A stretch of 64,000 nucleotides of DNA from the human T2T-CHM13v2.0 reference genome, Homo sapiens (GCF_009914755.1 NC_060934.1); one strand, 5' to 3'. Shown: positions 39,442 to 55,056, numbered from the stretch's first letter. Notes: a model not told the origin generated them from the sequence alone. Numbers and translations: made by a program.

Positions 39442-41797
39442 GTGAAGAGGATAAAAAACTTCTAGGAAAAGTGAAATAAACTCTGTTTTAGAGATAGGCA
39501 CTTTTTAATGCTGTTGGAATCTGCAAATGTATTCAGTAGTTATATTTCTAACATAACTGGGTGACAGGACCAGTTTCAACACTTACTGGTACAATGCTGA
39601 ATGCTACTCTTTGAGACTTCATTTCCCTATACTTTCAAACACAAGCTCATACCAACTCTATAAACTCCCAGGGGAGCTGTTGGCATTAGTAAGTACTCCA
39701 TGCTAGTCTCTATTCTCTCTTCTTCACCAACTTCATGCCTGACCCCTTCCCACCGAGACACAGTCCCCGCCTGTCTTGCCCCAGTCCTCACAGTATGTGT
39801 CTAAGCTAGACAATGAGCATCAACCCTGGTTCTAATTTACAGGCAAGCTTCCTGGTGGGGCCATAGTCCTTCCTCAACCACTTGGCTGGACCAGATCCTT
39901 GCAAAATCCTTTCCCATGAGCTGTACCCCTCACTGTCTCCTCTGCTACCTTGACCTCCCCCTTCTCCCACCACTGCTCAGTTCCTGGCCAGGAACCTGCT
40001 TTGAACAAGGTCACCACCTCCTTCCCTCCAGCCACAGTACTGACACCTACCTGAGAGTAAGCATGGGAGCCACGCACTCCAGGGCTGCTCCTACCTGACT
40101 CTAAACCCCTATGGTCCCGCGACAGTCTCCCAATCCTCAGTTCCAGGGCACCTCCATTACCCACTGACTCTGTTCTACCTCTGTGTTTGTTATGAGCTAC
40201 TGGAGAATATAATAACTCTGATGAGATCTCTATTTACCTCACACAGCACCTAGCATGTAATAGCAGTAGTAACTACTTGTTGAGTGCTTACTAAGTGCCA
40301 GGCACTGTTGTAAAAGCTTTCCATGAATTAACTCATTTAATCCTTCTCACAACCCTAAAGAGGTCAGCACTATTACTTTACTTAGTATACAAATGAGGAA
40401 GTTGAGGCAGAGCAGGCATTCATACATTTTTTAATGGATAAACTTCAAGTGGGTTCACAGAGTTGTCCATCAATCACTTTATTCATCCATTGCCCCAGAA
40501 GACATTGTAAAATTCATCCTCACTCAAGTACTTGACCAACCTCTGCCTTTCTTTCCTTCTTTACCAAGTGGCTCAGAGGTATATAATGCAAATTCTGCAG
40601 TGTACCCCTAACTCCTTCCAAGTATTCATCCTCCATACCTCAAAATGTCTGTCTCTATATTTTCCCCTCCTGGAGTGGAGGAAAAGGTGATTTATGAAGT
40701 ACTTGTCTTCCTCTGATTTGTCCCACCCCCAATTCTTCTGGAACCCTGCTCTAATGCTTTGAGCTACACCTTCAGTCAACTTGCCACTTTCCTATTGCCA
40801 AAACACAAATGAAACTTCATTTCTCCCTACAAGGAGAATCCTTCCCCAGCCCTGTTACATCTTCAAGTCACTCTCTCTTCATCACCAAACTTCTCCAAAG
40901 ACTGGCTTCACCAGCCCCTTTCCTGTCTACCAAAATTCACACCCTTAACCACCAGAGCTGAATTTCACCCCCATATCCTTAATAAAAACAGGGAAAAATC
41001 CTCAAAGGCCATTACAGGTCCTTCTACACATCACTCCCATCTCCTTCCCTCCACAACATTTGCCATTCTCCTGGAAACTCACCCTGGATGGTGAGGATGA
41101 GCTTCTGCCTCTGTCCATCCATTTGAGCCTTCTCTGGTCCCACTAACTACTCTTTATCCTGTTGCTGCCTCACCCCACCCCCAATTCAAATGGACATAAC
41201 CTCCCTCAGAGATCCCTGCCAGTAACTCCCAAACCTTTGCATCCATTCTCAACTTTTCTCCTGGGTTTCATTCTGCCTTTCCAACAGTCTATGAAATAAT
41301 TTTACACATATATCAGCCTGCTTTATCAAATAGTAAGTCTACAACTGAAGCTTTAGTCCCAAATATGGCCACTTCCCATTTTTTACTGACATCCTTAATC
41401 TAAAATGAGTCCTTCTGACTGCTCTCTGTCTCAGCACACTGCTTAATTTCCCTCACTGCCCCATTGCAATTTACTTTGTTCACTTGCTTCCTTTGGACTA
41501 TATGTGCCATATGTTTAGGAACTATGTCTGTCTTGTTCACCATGACAAGCACAGTGTCTGGTATGGAGCAACCACTCCAAACATTTTTTGTTTACTCAAT
41601 ATGTCTTTGTTCTTCTAGCTCTTCTCAAATTGCTCTTCTTGAAGTCACCATGTTTCCAAGCCTAAACATCAGCAGTGATTGCTTACCTTGGCCTCCTCAT
41701 TGAGTCACCAAATCCTGACTATCCATCCTTTATAAGACCATGGCATTTGACCGTTGCTTTCCATTTGCACTGCCACTTCAAAAGTCCTTTTTCAGGC

Positions 41798-41829
<32 letters not shown>
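41798..41829. repeat. (AAAAC)n microsatellite
   Basis: Direct reading. Confidence 0.9.
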
Positions 41830-42059
41830 GACTCTTTAACCTATTTCTAAGTCTTTGACCCATCTATTCACTTCCTGAGATTGGGTCTTCCTACAAAATC
41901 AATTTGATCCCGTGATCAAAAGCCTTCAGTGCCACCCAACATGCCTTAACTCAAGTCCAAACCTTTGAAGCTGGTGTCCAGATCCTTCATGATCTGGCTC
42001 CTAACAGCCTCTCTACTCCTCTGTTTTGCCAGAATCCTTCACATCTCCATAGATCTCAC

Positions 42060-44712
42060 ATGCAAAAAATGTGAAACCATGTCTAAAGAAGTAAAGGAAA
42101 GTATATGAATGATGTTTTCCTTAAAAAAGTTAATAGATATAAATCCTAAAAAGGAAACAAGTAGACAATCTAGAACTGAAAAGTACAACAGCTGGAATGA
42201 AAATTTTACAAGAGAGACTCAACAGCAGATGTGAGCTGGCAGAAGAATGTATCAGAGACCAGTGGGACACCAAGTGTACCAACATATGCATAACAAAGTT
42301 GTAGGAGAAAGAAAGGAGCAAAAAGAATATTGAGAAAACTAAATATCCTAAATCTGATGAAAAATACTAATCTACACATCTAAGAAGTTTAATTAACTCC
42401 AAGCAGGATAAACCCAAAGAGATGTACAATGAGACAAATCATAATTAGTCTGTCAAAAGATAAGAACAAAAAGAGTGAATTTTCAGAGCAGCAAGAGAAA
42501 AGTGGCTCATCACATACAAGGGATCTTCAATAAAATTAATAGCTAATTCCTTATCAAAAACCTTGGAGGACAGAAGGCAGTGGGATGACATATTCAAGGT
42601 GGTGAAAAAAATGACAATCAATAATGCTATACCCAGTAAAACTATTCTTCAAAATTGAATGGGAAAATGTAATCTTATATTTGGAAAAACTTAAAGACGA
42701 CAAAAAAAAACTATTAGAACTCATAAATTCGGTAGACTTGCAGAATACAAAATCAGCATACAAAAATCAGTAGCATTTCTATATGCCAACAGTGAACAAA
42801 CTGAAAAAGTAATCAAGAAAGTAATGCCATTTACAATAGCTACAAATAAAATACCTAGGAATTAACCAAAGAAGTAGAAGATCTCTACAATGAAAACTGT
42901 AAAACATTGATGCAAGAAATTGAAGAGGACACGAAAAAATGGAAAACTATTCCAATTTCATGGATTGAAAAAATCAATATTGTTAAAATCTCCATACTAC
43001 CCAAAGCAATCTATAGATTCAATGCAACACCTATCAAAATACCAAGGACATTCTTCACAGAAATAGAAAAACAATCTTAAAATTTATATGGAATCACAAA
43101 AGACCCAGCAAAAATAAAATGTGGAGGAATTACATTACCTGGTTTCAAATTATACTACAGAGCTATAGTAACCAAAATGGCATGGTACTGGCATAAAAGC
43201 AGACACATAGACCAGTGAAACAAAATAGAGAACCCATAAATAAATCCATATATCTACAGTGAATTCACTTTTGACAAAGGTGCCAAGATCATACAAACAT
43301 TCTCTTCAATAAATGGTGCTGGAGAAACTGGATATCCATATGTAGAAGAATTAAACTAGTCCCCTATTTCTTGCCATATACAAAAACCAAATCAAAATGG
43401 ATTAAAGGCTTAAATCTAAAGCCTCAAACTACAAAACAACTAAAAGAAAACATTGGGGAAACTCTCTAGGACATTGGAGTGGGCAAAGATTTCTTGAGCA
43501 ATACCCCACAAGCACAGGCACCAAAACAAAAATGGACAAATGGGATCAAATCAAGTTAAAAAGCTTCTGCACAGCAAAGGAAACAATTAACAAGGTGAAG
43601 AGACAACACACAGAATGGGAGAAAATATTTCAAACTGCCCATTTGACAAAGGATTAATAAGCACAATATATAAAGACCCCAAACAACTTTAGAGGAGAAC
43701 TAATTATTCAGTTAAAAAATGGACAAAGATCTGAATAGTCATTTCTCAAGAGAAGATATACAAATGGCAAACAAGTATATAAAAAGGTGTTCAACATTAT
43801 TGATCATCAGAGAAATGCAAATCAAAACTATAATGAGATATCTCAACCTAATTAAAATGGCTTTTGTCCAAAAGACAGGCAATAACAAATGCTACCGAGA
43901 GTGTGAAGAAAAGGGAACCCCCCATATTACATTCCCTTTGGTGGGAATGTAAATTAGTACAACCACTATGGAGAACAGTCTGGATGTTCCTAAAAAAACT
44001 AAAAAGAGAGCTACCATACAATCCAGCAATCGCACTCCTTATGTATATACCTAAAAGGAAAGAAATCAGTATGTTGAAGAGATATCTGCACTCCCATGTT
44101 TATTGGAGCACTATTCACAATAGCCAAGATTTGGAAGCAACCTAAAGGTCCATCAACAGATGAATGGATGAAGAAAATGTGGTACATATACACAATGGAG
44201 TACTATTCAGCCATAAAAAGAATAAGATTCTGTCATTTACAACAACATGGATGGAACTGAGGTCACTATGTTAAGTGAAATAAGCTAGACACAGAAAAAC
44301 AAAAGTTCACATGTTCTTACTTATTTGTGGGAATTAAAAATGAAAACAAACGTATGGAACTACAGAGTAGGAGGATGGATGGTTACTGGAGGCTGGGAGG
44401 GATAGTGGGGGGTGGGAAACTAGGGATGGTTAATGGGTACAAAAAAATAGAAAGAATGAATAAGACCTAGTATTTGATAGCACAACAGGGTGAGTAGAGT
44501 AAAAAATAATTTAATTATACATTTTAAAAGAACTAAAAGAGTATAACTGGATTGTTTGTAACACAAAGGATAAATGCTTGAGGTGATGAATATCCCATTT
44601 ACCTTGATGTGATTATTATGCATTGCATACCTGTATCAAAACATCTCATGTAACCCACAAATACATACACCTACTTTGTACCCACAAAAATTAAAAATTA
44701 ATTTTAAAAAAG
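42060..44712 (+). mobile_element. L1: ORF1-like fragment (~42060-42660) abutting a 5'-truncated L1MA2-like element (~42671-44712)
   Basis: ORF2 RT/C-terminal text, then an L1MA1-3-type 3'UTR (gtatttgatagcacaacagggtga...gtacccacaaaaattaaaaatt). Confidence 0.82.
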
Positions 44713-45552
44713 ATTCAAGGAAAATGTGTGTTTGGTGCACATGTATTTAAATGGTCTCATTTTGCATGAGGAGAAAACTTAATTACCTATGTTAAGAAGC
44801 TTGATATCTCCCATGCTTTTATCCATTCCTTCTTCTGGAATCTTTGCCTTCCTCAAGACCAGTTCATCAGTAAAATCTAGAGTAGGTCAATTGAGCCTAG
44901 GATGTCATCCAGCAACAGAAAGCTTGTCAAAATAGGAACCATTTCCATCCCTACCACTGGGTGAGTCTAAAATGAGTACCGCTGCTATCAGCAAGACCCT
45001 CTAAGACTCTGAGATACAGCTCAGGGTAGCAGCTTTATTTGAGAGTCATCTCCCTGCAAGGACAGGAGCCTCTCTTACTTCCTCCTCTCTCTTGTGCCTA
45101 GCTCTGGCTAAGGGTACTTAATAAGACTATACCCTTCCAGAACCACAGTGTTTCATGCTGTGACTAGCTGACACAGAGGGACTTTTGCTGCCAAATCTGC
45201 CTCCAAGCCACACCCTCTGGAAACTGCCACAGGCTATGCTGAGCCCAAAGTTCTCTGAGCCTGTCTTTTACCCACAGGCCTCTATGATGGTGCCCTTTGG
45301 GCTGAGTCAGGGTCTGGAAGTACACTCTGCTCCTTGTCTCCCTTGGACACTCTTGCCTGGGTAGATGTGAATGCAGGTCATCCATGCTGGGGACACAGTG
45401 CCTGGAAATTGAATTCACACAGAAATCATATATCGCTCCAGGGTACCTGGAAGTTTTTTCCTCAAAAATGTACAGAACTGGTATGACAGGATAACATTCT
45501 TAATTAAACATTTTTAATGAAACTATAATTTATCTTTTTATCTCTTCCTATT

Positions 45553-45916
45553 TGTCTTAGTCCATTTTGTATTTCTATAACAGAATATTACAGAATGGTA
45601 ATAAAGAAAATACATGTATTTCTTACAGTTTTGGAGGTTGGGAGGTCCAGGTCAAGGGGCCTGCAGCTGGTGAGGGCCCTCTTGCTGTGTCATCCCATGG
45701 CTGAAGGTGGAAGGACAAGAAAGTGCAAGAGAGCAAGAGGGGGCCGAACTCACTTTTATAACAAGCCCACTCTTACCATAACTAACCCACTTCTGTGACA
45801 ATGGCATTCATCCATGTATGAGGGCAGAGCCCTCATGACCTAATCACCTCTTAAAGGTCTTACCTCTCAACACAGTTGTATTTGGGAAGGGAGGGGGACA
45901 CGTTCAAACGATAGCA
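45553..45916 (-). mobile_element. MaLR solo LTR (MSTD/MLT1A-like)
   Basis: tgtcttagtccattttgt...ttcaaacgatagca; TSD ctatt/ccatt. Confidence 0.8.
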
Positions 45917-46632
45917 CCATTTAGGCAAAAGGACCACTCTGTACTCATTGCCTCAGGAAAAGTACATTATAAGCCAAAATAGAATTTTTTTTTAAAGGAG
46001 CCTCTCTTGGTATTTGCGTTTTCGCACCTATGTCCTTAAGAATAGAAAGGACTCACATCACAGATTTGGAAGAATTTTGTAAAGGAAGTAAGGTTCTCTG
46101 CAGAGTCTAAGGATAGAACTGAAACTTCAAAGGGGCCAGGAGTGTGTGGCCTGTATTCAGTCAGATCTTCTCACCAACAGTTGCCCCAATATTTGAGCCC
46201 ACTGATTGAGCCAGAAGACATGATACTTCTTTGCACCCCAGAACTTTGTTTCATCCCATTCAATTCACTCTATGTGAACACATCCTGCAATATCCCTAGA
46301 CTTTATAAACCCCAAAGAGGAAGACAGGAATCCGGACGCCCAGCTGGGCAGAAAGGTGAGGAAGGGAAAGTCCTCATATCTGTTCCTGGCTGTGGAGGAA
46401 CAAGCTAAGCTGGAGGAAACTCCCCCACCAGGACAGTGATGAAACACTTCTTCCCCCTTAAACACCATCATATAAGTGTGGCTTAAGTGGTTCTATGAAG
46501 CATCAGCTCCCAGCAAACTGGGGAGAGCTCTGCAGTTCACACCCAGGAGGAGACACCACATCTAGAGCATGTTGCACACCCTCCTGAGCCCTACACAATG
46601 GCCACCTCACTCACTTCTCACGGACCAGCAAC

Positions 46633-46948
<316 letters not shown>

Positions 46949-47232
46949 AGCAACTGTCCTCTCAGGCAGTCTTGCTCTTGCATAGACGCACATATTAGTT
47001 CAGCTCACCTCCCATTTGCCTCTTTTGGTTGCTTCAGCAAACTCTCCTATTTTCCCAATGGAAATGTATAAATAACCAGTTGAACTGAAGGATCCAAAAT
47101 AATAATTTGAGGCTACTCTTGAAGCCCATTCATAAGCAGTCCTTAGAGGAAAAAAAAAGGGGAGTTCAAGTTTGAAGGAAAAAAATACAAATTGGGAACC
47201 TCATGGTTTGAAATTTGAAACAAACAAAAACA

Positions 47233-47238
47233 TTTATT
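47233..47238 (-). terminator. DYDC1: DYDC1 polyadenylation signal AATAAA
   Basis: tttatt on the plus strand, 19 nt after the stop codon, followed by U/GU-rich sequence on the minus strand. Confidence 0.8.
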
Positions 47239-47257
47239 GCTCTTAGGTTGGTTGGTC

Positions 47258-47287
47258 CTACAAATCTTGATCAATGTTTAATGCAAT
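47258..47287 (-). CDS. DYDC1: DYDC1 last coding exon (IALNIDQDL*)
   Basis: tttgcttttag|ATT GCA TTA AAC ATT GAT CAA GAT TTG TAG. Confidence 0.92.
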   Translation of the reverse strand: MALNIDQDL

Positions 47288-47499
47288 CTAAAAGCAAAAC
47301 AAAAAGTAAATATTCCTTAATACAATTAGAACTGTGAAAAGGCACAAGCCAAAGAAATAAACTTTAGGTAACTTCTATGTGACTACATGAATGAAACTTT
47401 TTGGGAGTTTCAGATGATTTCAAATGATACTCAAATTGAATATAACCATAAATTATGTTCTCAAAGTAGTTATTGTTCCATCCTTTCTTCTACTTCTCT

Positions 47500-49180
47500 T
47501 ACTATGCATTCTCATCCTTCTTGTAGGCTCCTCTTCCTGTGGCCATCCCTTCAATGTTAGAATTGCTAATGGTTCCTCCCTGAGCCCCCAGGCCTTCACA
47601 CACTGCACTCTCTCCTAGGTACCTTACTCAATCCCCTTGCTTCATTCAGCACATATGCCCATGACTGCTGAATTTATATCTCCGGCCTGGGCCCCTTCCT
47701 AACATCAACTGTTCTTGGCTGTTTTCACCTGCATATCTCAGAGCCACCTGAGAGTCAACATCTCTGCAACTGAAGCCATCATTTTTTAAAAACCTGCTTC
47801 CTCTTATGTTCATCAACTCATCAAATGTTAACACTCTTAACTCAGTAGCCCAAGGAAGACATTTAGGCTTCATCCTGACCCTGCCCCGCACTGATCCTGT
47901 AAGCCAATCTTAAATCCACTCAGTTCCCTCCATCTCTGCTGTCTAACCCTAGTCATCTTACATCTGGATCAGTGCAATAACTTCCTAAGTGGTCTCCCTT
48001 TTTCCACTCCTGCTCCACACCAATCCTCTCTCCACCTTATAAAAACACAGATTGAATCTTTAAGTCCTTTCAATAACTCCTACTGCACTTAAGTCCAAAA
48101 TCCCTAAGGCAACATACAAGACCCAGTGTGCTCTGCCTTTATCCACCTCTCCAGCTTAAAATCACACCATTTTCCTAGCTCCATGGACGTTAGCCATTAA
48201 TACTGGATGACTTCAGTCCCTTGAAAGCATTTTGCTGTCTCTTTCCTCTGGGCTCATCTCAGGCTAATTCCTTGAACTTCACCTCCTGAGGAAGACTTGT
48301 CCAGCCCAGGTCAGGTCTCTCCCTACTCTGTCCCTCAAAGAAGCTTCCCCATTGGCCCACGGCCCCCAAGGGCAGAAGCCCAATCCATTTTGTTCATTGG
48401 CATTTTCTAGCTCCCTGCATAGTGCCAAATCATAGCTGACCTTTAATAAAACTTTAAACAATTAGCACTGAGTCTGTGCAGCTCCATTTTCTGAACAGCT
48501 CTTGAAAACAACATTTACTTCAGGCCATCGACATCTTGTCCCCTAGATTACTACCTCCTAAGCCATCTCCTGACACCTACTTCTCCATTTTCTTCCCCAC
48601 ACTGTTACCAGATGGTCTTTGCAAAATGTAGCTCTCATCATATGAGTCTCCACTGCCTTCAGGATAAAATCTAAGCCTCTGAACAGAAATGACAAGTGCT
48701 TTCATGGTCTGGCCCCTGCTTTCTCCCTGGCCTCAGCTCTCACCCCTCCCTGCCTCACTCCCTCTACACGCTCTCCTATCTGGGTCTTCACACCTTCCAT
48801 GCTCTCTGCCTGGAGCACTATCCTCAGCCTCCCATGCCACCAGTGAGTAGCAAATCATTAGCTTCCTTCCCTGACTGAGGTTCCTCAACTGTGCTGGCTG
48901 TCCCCCCTTGTCCGTGTACACCAATTAAAGTGACCAAAATGTACCCTTCTTCCAGGACAGTCCTGGCTTACATCTGCTGATCCGGCTCTCATTCTCAAAA
49001 GCATACTGGTTTGGACAATAAATTATGTGGTCCCACTAACCATGACTATTAAATGTTCATCTAATTGTCTGTTTCTCCCCTGACAATAAACTCCATAAGG
49101 TCAAAGCCATCTGCCTTATTCACCACAGCATCAGGCACAGTGCCTGGCATATGGAAGATGTGGCATGTTTCTTAAATAAA
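47500..49180 (+). mobile_element. L2 LINE fragments
   Basis: Typical L2 text (aataacttcctaagtggtctccc; cacagtgcctggcatat). Confidence 0.6.
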
Positions 49181-49568
49181 CAAATGTACTTACATACTGG
49201 AGAAGCATGCATTCTCATTAAGGCATTAATTTGGTTCCAGGGTTTGCTACTGAGAACAAAAATCGTGCCCCCCACACCAAATTTAAAGATTATATATTTC
49301 ACAAAATGATTTTAAAACATATTTTGAAGAGGTTTTGAAGTCACAGATACGGAGATATAGATAAGCCAGTGACACACTTCACAAAAGGGCAGAATGCCAA
49401 TTAGGAATATAATCCGCAACCAGGGAACTGATTTTCTTTCTCTGAAGCAAAAGGCCTATTTGCCAACCAATCCTGGCCTAGCCTCATTTTCCCTAGGCTT
49501 TACCTAAGTAAAAAAAATCAAAAACAAAAACAAAAACGAGTTTTTTCACAAAACACACTGATACTGAC

Positions 49569-49673
49569 ATCAGAAAACATTGGTTCATCAAGTTCTTCCA
49601 CTCTGCTCAAGTTAGGTGCTCCATAACGATCGCTGATTTCAGCTAGTGTTTTGCCTGAGTCTAGTGTTGCTTC
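49569..49673 (-). CDS. DYDC1: DYDC1 coding exon 5 (EATLDSGKTLAEISDRYGAPNLSRVEELDEPMFSD)
   Basis: ttgtag|GAA...GAT|gtcagt; 105 nt, open frame. Confidence 0.94.
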
Positions 49674-50198
49674 CTACAATCAAAAAATTGATTTTTACTT
49701 TTAAATGATTTCAAAATTAATACATTACTTTTCTTTCAATTTTGATTAAAAATTTTCTGATTTATAACATTAAAATTCAACATTATTAATTAGTGGAATT
49801 AACCAATTTCTGTTAATGACAAGAGAATTCTGGTAATGAATTGAGTATCCTAGAATGCAAAGCTACAATTCTGGTAATAAATACTAGAACTTTTTTTAAA
49901 AATACCTGCAGAAATTTAAAATAATTGTAAGTAATTATGTGGTAAATAGCTTCAATATCTCAAGAGAGCCTAGTTTTTAAAAATCCAAACACAAACTGAA
50001 TGTCCAATTTTTACCTATTGTGAGATTTTGCTTCAAAGCACATTATTTGTGACTTGTTATCACCGGAAAATATACATGGACTATCAGTTTTGATAATATA
50101 CTTGCTAAAAATTTAGCTACTTATGCATCAAAATTAAGCTTTACATTCTAGGATACTCAATTCATTTCACATAACATAGAATGACTTTTTCTTCTCAC

Positions 50199-50255
50199 CT
50201 CTGAATGTAGAATATCTTCATTCCTAACTAGATTTTCCATATTCATTCTCATCTC
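50199..50255 (-). CDS. DYDC1: DYDC1 coding exon 4 (EMRMNMENLVRNEDILHSE)
   Basis: ttatag|GAG...GAG|gtgaga; 57 nt. Confidence 0.93.
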
Positions 50256-52346
50256 CTATAATATATAAAAATTAAGAAAATACTTTGAATATACTCCATT
50301 TTGATTTCATGTTTAATTTTTGGCATTTTTACTTTTACACAATGCTATGATGAATTTAAAGCAAAAATGCTGTCACTCTGAAAGAGAATGATCTGATTAC
50401 ACATTACAAAACTGCAGATCACAGTCTTATTTAATACTCTATACTAATAGAAGGCAACCATGTTTTATATATAATTAAATAAAAGTTTTTTAAAAATGAA
50501 ATGGACTGAAACAGTCAAACTGAAGCCAAATTATCTGCCAATATAAAAAGTGACAAAATAAAAATTATAATAGAACCTTAGAACAAGAGATTTTTAAGGA
50601 GAAAACCACACTTAAGTAGAGTTTTGCACATACCGAGAAAGAAGTAAACACTTCTACAGGAACTAATCTGGCCCAATGCACAAGTCCTCCCACAGGACCT
50701 GAGCAATGCCCTCTTTAATACTCTGAGCACTGCAGTAGGAATATACTGCCCAATAAGGGAGGCCTCTTTCTGAATGTGAAACATTCTTCTAGTCAGCCAA
50801 ACCTTGCTATGCCATCTACCTTTTCATTCTAAAGCAGCAGGGTGGCCTAACTGACCCTGAGCTGATTCGTTTTGGCTGCTAGAAGACCAGTGATTTCTTG
50901 ATCATACATATGGTCACCCTAATGATAGGGACATAAACAGCACTGTTTTCCCAAGACCACTCCATTTTCCTGGTAACTTCTTATCCAGCATCCACAAGGC
51001 TATATGGGGAACATCCATATTCTTATAGGACTATGCTCCCCTGCCACAGAGATGGATATTTGACACAAACTAAGCCAGTCAGAATCCTTCTCCAAGATTC
51101 TTTTCTTAACTGAAACTAAAACAAGGCATCCATTCCTCTTAGATGGTAGAAGCCACAACATTCTAAGCCTCAGAAGCCGTTAAGGCCCATGTTCCCTACC
51201 CATGTGCAGCAAAGCAGCCCATAGTGAAAGAGCGAAACTAATAACCAGGGAGCAGCAGAGGGGAGAGCCCTGGTAGCATCTGATTCTCTTGCTCCCAAAG
51301 TCTGAAAGGCCCAGTGATACCAGAGTCCTTCACAGTTTATGTGTTAAACCCTTCCTTCAACCCAGAATCCTTCTAGCAAACTTCCCTTTGCACATGATAG
51401 TTTACATTGCGAGTCTGCAGCCATAAGAAGGCCAAGGGAAAGCACATGAGTGGACTCATCTCTGAGCAATGGGCGAGGGAGTGGTACTTTGCAGGGGACT
51501 ACCTATGCTATGGTGAGGGATGATAAGCCTATAGAAATAGGAATTACTAAAGTTATTCTGGCAGTGGTCACACAAGCTGATGATGTCTGGAGATAGTAAA
51601 ATAACATGAGTGTGGCTCTCTGGAGCCATAAAATAGAGACCAATCCTTCCTATGGACTTTGAAGCACTTTAATGTAGCTATCAGGTCACTTTGATTAAAA
51701 ATACTTTAAATTCCTTTATTTTGATCACTGCCTTCTTGATATGTTCCTGTATTTTCTCTTTCAGTTTAGATCCGTGAATCTTTTTCAAAATTTCTTTAAT
51801 TTTTAATTTTTACTGATATAAATAGCTGTACATATTTACGATGTACATGTGATATTTTGATACAAGCATACAATATGTAATGATCAAATCAGGATATTTG
51901 AGATATCCATCACCTTAAACATTATTTCTTTGTGAATCTTAAAGAGAAAGGGGCTGCTTGTGTATGTGTGCATACAGGCATATCCCTGTGCTCACACTAC
52001 ACTCAGACTAAGACCGCATCAGCATCTGTATTTTTTAAAACTATGTATAGGGCTTTTATCCTTTTAAAAAAAATCTCACTTTTTGATTTAATTCACCATT
52101 CACACTTTTTAAATATTGCTTTAATAAATGATTCTCTCATCTAAGCATCAATAAACATAATGAACATTGTCTATAAAACCTGCTTCTTTTTTCAGCTTTA
52201 ATTATGGAATAAAAAGGGGGAGAAACATTTGATTAAGAGATAGTAGCTATAAACTCAGTCATCTAGAATATTGGTCTATATGACTCATAGCTTTTGGATG
52301 CAGGAAATATGGGTCAAACTAGAGACCTGACATGATTGTATCATGT

Positions 52347-52700
<354 letters not shown>

Positions 52701-52843
52701 TCAATATTCAACATCAGCTACTGTAACTAGGAACAGCTAACTCCTGACTAAAATGTTGAGGGTATCACTATTAGAGAACCCTACTGCTCACAGAGAAGTT
52801 TCACAAACATGATTGTATTTGATTGTATAAGAATCCAGTGAGA

Positions 52844-53145
<302 letters not shown>

Positions 53146-53370
53146 GGAACCAGTGAGACATTGCTAATAGTATTATACTGCTAGCTCTAGTTTTGAAACA
53201 GGTAAACTGAGACTGAAAAAGGTTATGAGACTTGTTTAGCTTACACAGCTAGTATGTGGCATGTCTTCAGACTACAAATCCCATGGTCCTTCTGCTAACA
53301 GCTGAAATAAACAGTTTGAAGATTCTAGAGAGTTTTAAATAAAACTGACATTTATAAAACTTCAAATTAC

Positions 53371-53463
53371 CTTGCCTAATTGTTCTTGAGCTCTCTGTAG
53401 TTCTTGTATTCTCTGCCTCTCCTTTTCTTGCATTTCCAACTCTAGCTGCAATGCCAGCTGTTG
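53371..53463 (-). CDS. DYDC1: DYDC1 coding exon 3 (QQLALQLELEMQEKERQRIQELQRAQEQLGK)
   Basis: attcag|CAA...AAG|gtaatt; 93 nt, coiled-coil composition. Confidence 0.94.
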
Positions 53464-53799
53464 CTGAATATTCAGAAATATGTCATATTACAGTTAGATT
53501 AATTGCAAGATAATTAAGTTTATACCCACCTTCATTTCAGAAACTTACAATACATGGTCACATCCAACTAATACTTTAGTTTCTACAAATGCTTCCTGAA
53601 GCATAAAATTTTTAAAAAAGATTTTAATCTTCCTTAATTGCAAATTATAGAAAGCACAATTTGTACAAAATTATTTTCCCTTTTCTTCTTAAAGTAACAA
53701 ATGAGATTGCAACAATTTTCCAGATAAATTTCTTTAAGCATAGATGGGTCTTCAAATAGCCACACACTGGTTGTGGAAGAGTGGGTGAGAAACTCTTCA

Positions 53800-54120
<321 letters not shown>

Positions 54121-55056
54121 TCATCTGAAATCATTACTAACCAACAATATATTTGCTCCCAACTCAGCATATCTGTCACACTAGAATAGGGTTCAGCAAT
54201 AAAGCCTGTGGGCCAAAGCCAACCCACCTCCTGTTTTTTATAGCTTACAAAGAAAGAATGGCTTTTACATTTTTAAATAGAAAAAATTTAAAAGAAATAA
54301 TATTTCATGACATAGGAAAACGGTATGAAATGTAAATTTCAGCATCCTTAAAGCTTTATTGAAACACAGCCATGCTAATTTGTTTACGTATTGTCTACGA
54401 GCGCTTTTGTGCTGCCATAGCAGAGTGTAGTAGTTATAACAGAGACCACATGTGGTGCACTCACCACTTTGCCTGGCTGCCCAGCACACTACAAACCGCA
54501 GTAACATCATTGTAACAGCAGTGTTTGGAGTGCCATGGTATCACTATACTGTGACATTTAAAAAAATTATATCCATTATGTCAAAACAAGAAAGCCAGGG
54601 ATGGGTGGCTTATTCCTGTAATCCCAGCTACTCAGGAGCGAGGCAGGAGGATTACTTGAAGCCAGGAGTTCAAGACCAGCCTGGGCAGCATAGCGAGACC
54701 CCCATCTCTAAACAAAATTTTGAGAAAAAAAAAAGAAAAATAGTGAATTTTGAATGTCGCACTTTTAAGGCACACTAGAGTGTGTATTATTTTGTCATCA
54801 AATTAAATGGCAAAACATGTTTCTTGCTATACAGTGCCACTGTACCAAAAGAATATAATAAATATCAACATTACCAGACTAAGCACTCATCACAATAGTC
54901 CCAGCTCACAGAGCACAAAGGCCAAAAAAAATTAGAAAATGTAAAACAGAATTGGCTGGGCATGGTGGCTCACACCTGTAATACCAGCACTTGGAAGGCC
55001 TGAGGACAGGAGTTCAAGACCAGCCTGGCCAACATGGTGAAACCCTGTCTCTACTA

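Noticed and set aside
50900-51420. Possible old ERVL LTR (LTR16/LTR33-like)
   Set aside because: The resemblance is too weak to set boundaries or a family by eye.
54452-54778. 108-aa ORF as a domesticated transposase
   Set aside because: A chance read-through of the Cheshire N-terminus and an Alu monomer; it stops early and the downstream catalytic motifs are decayed.
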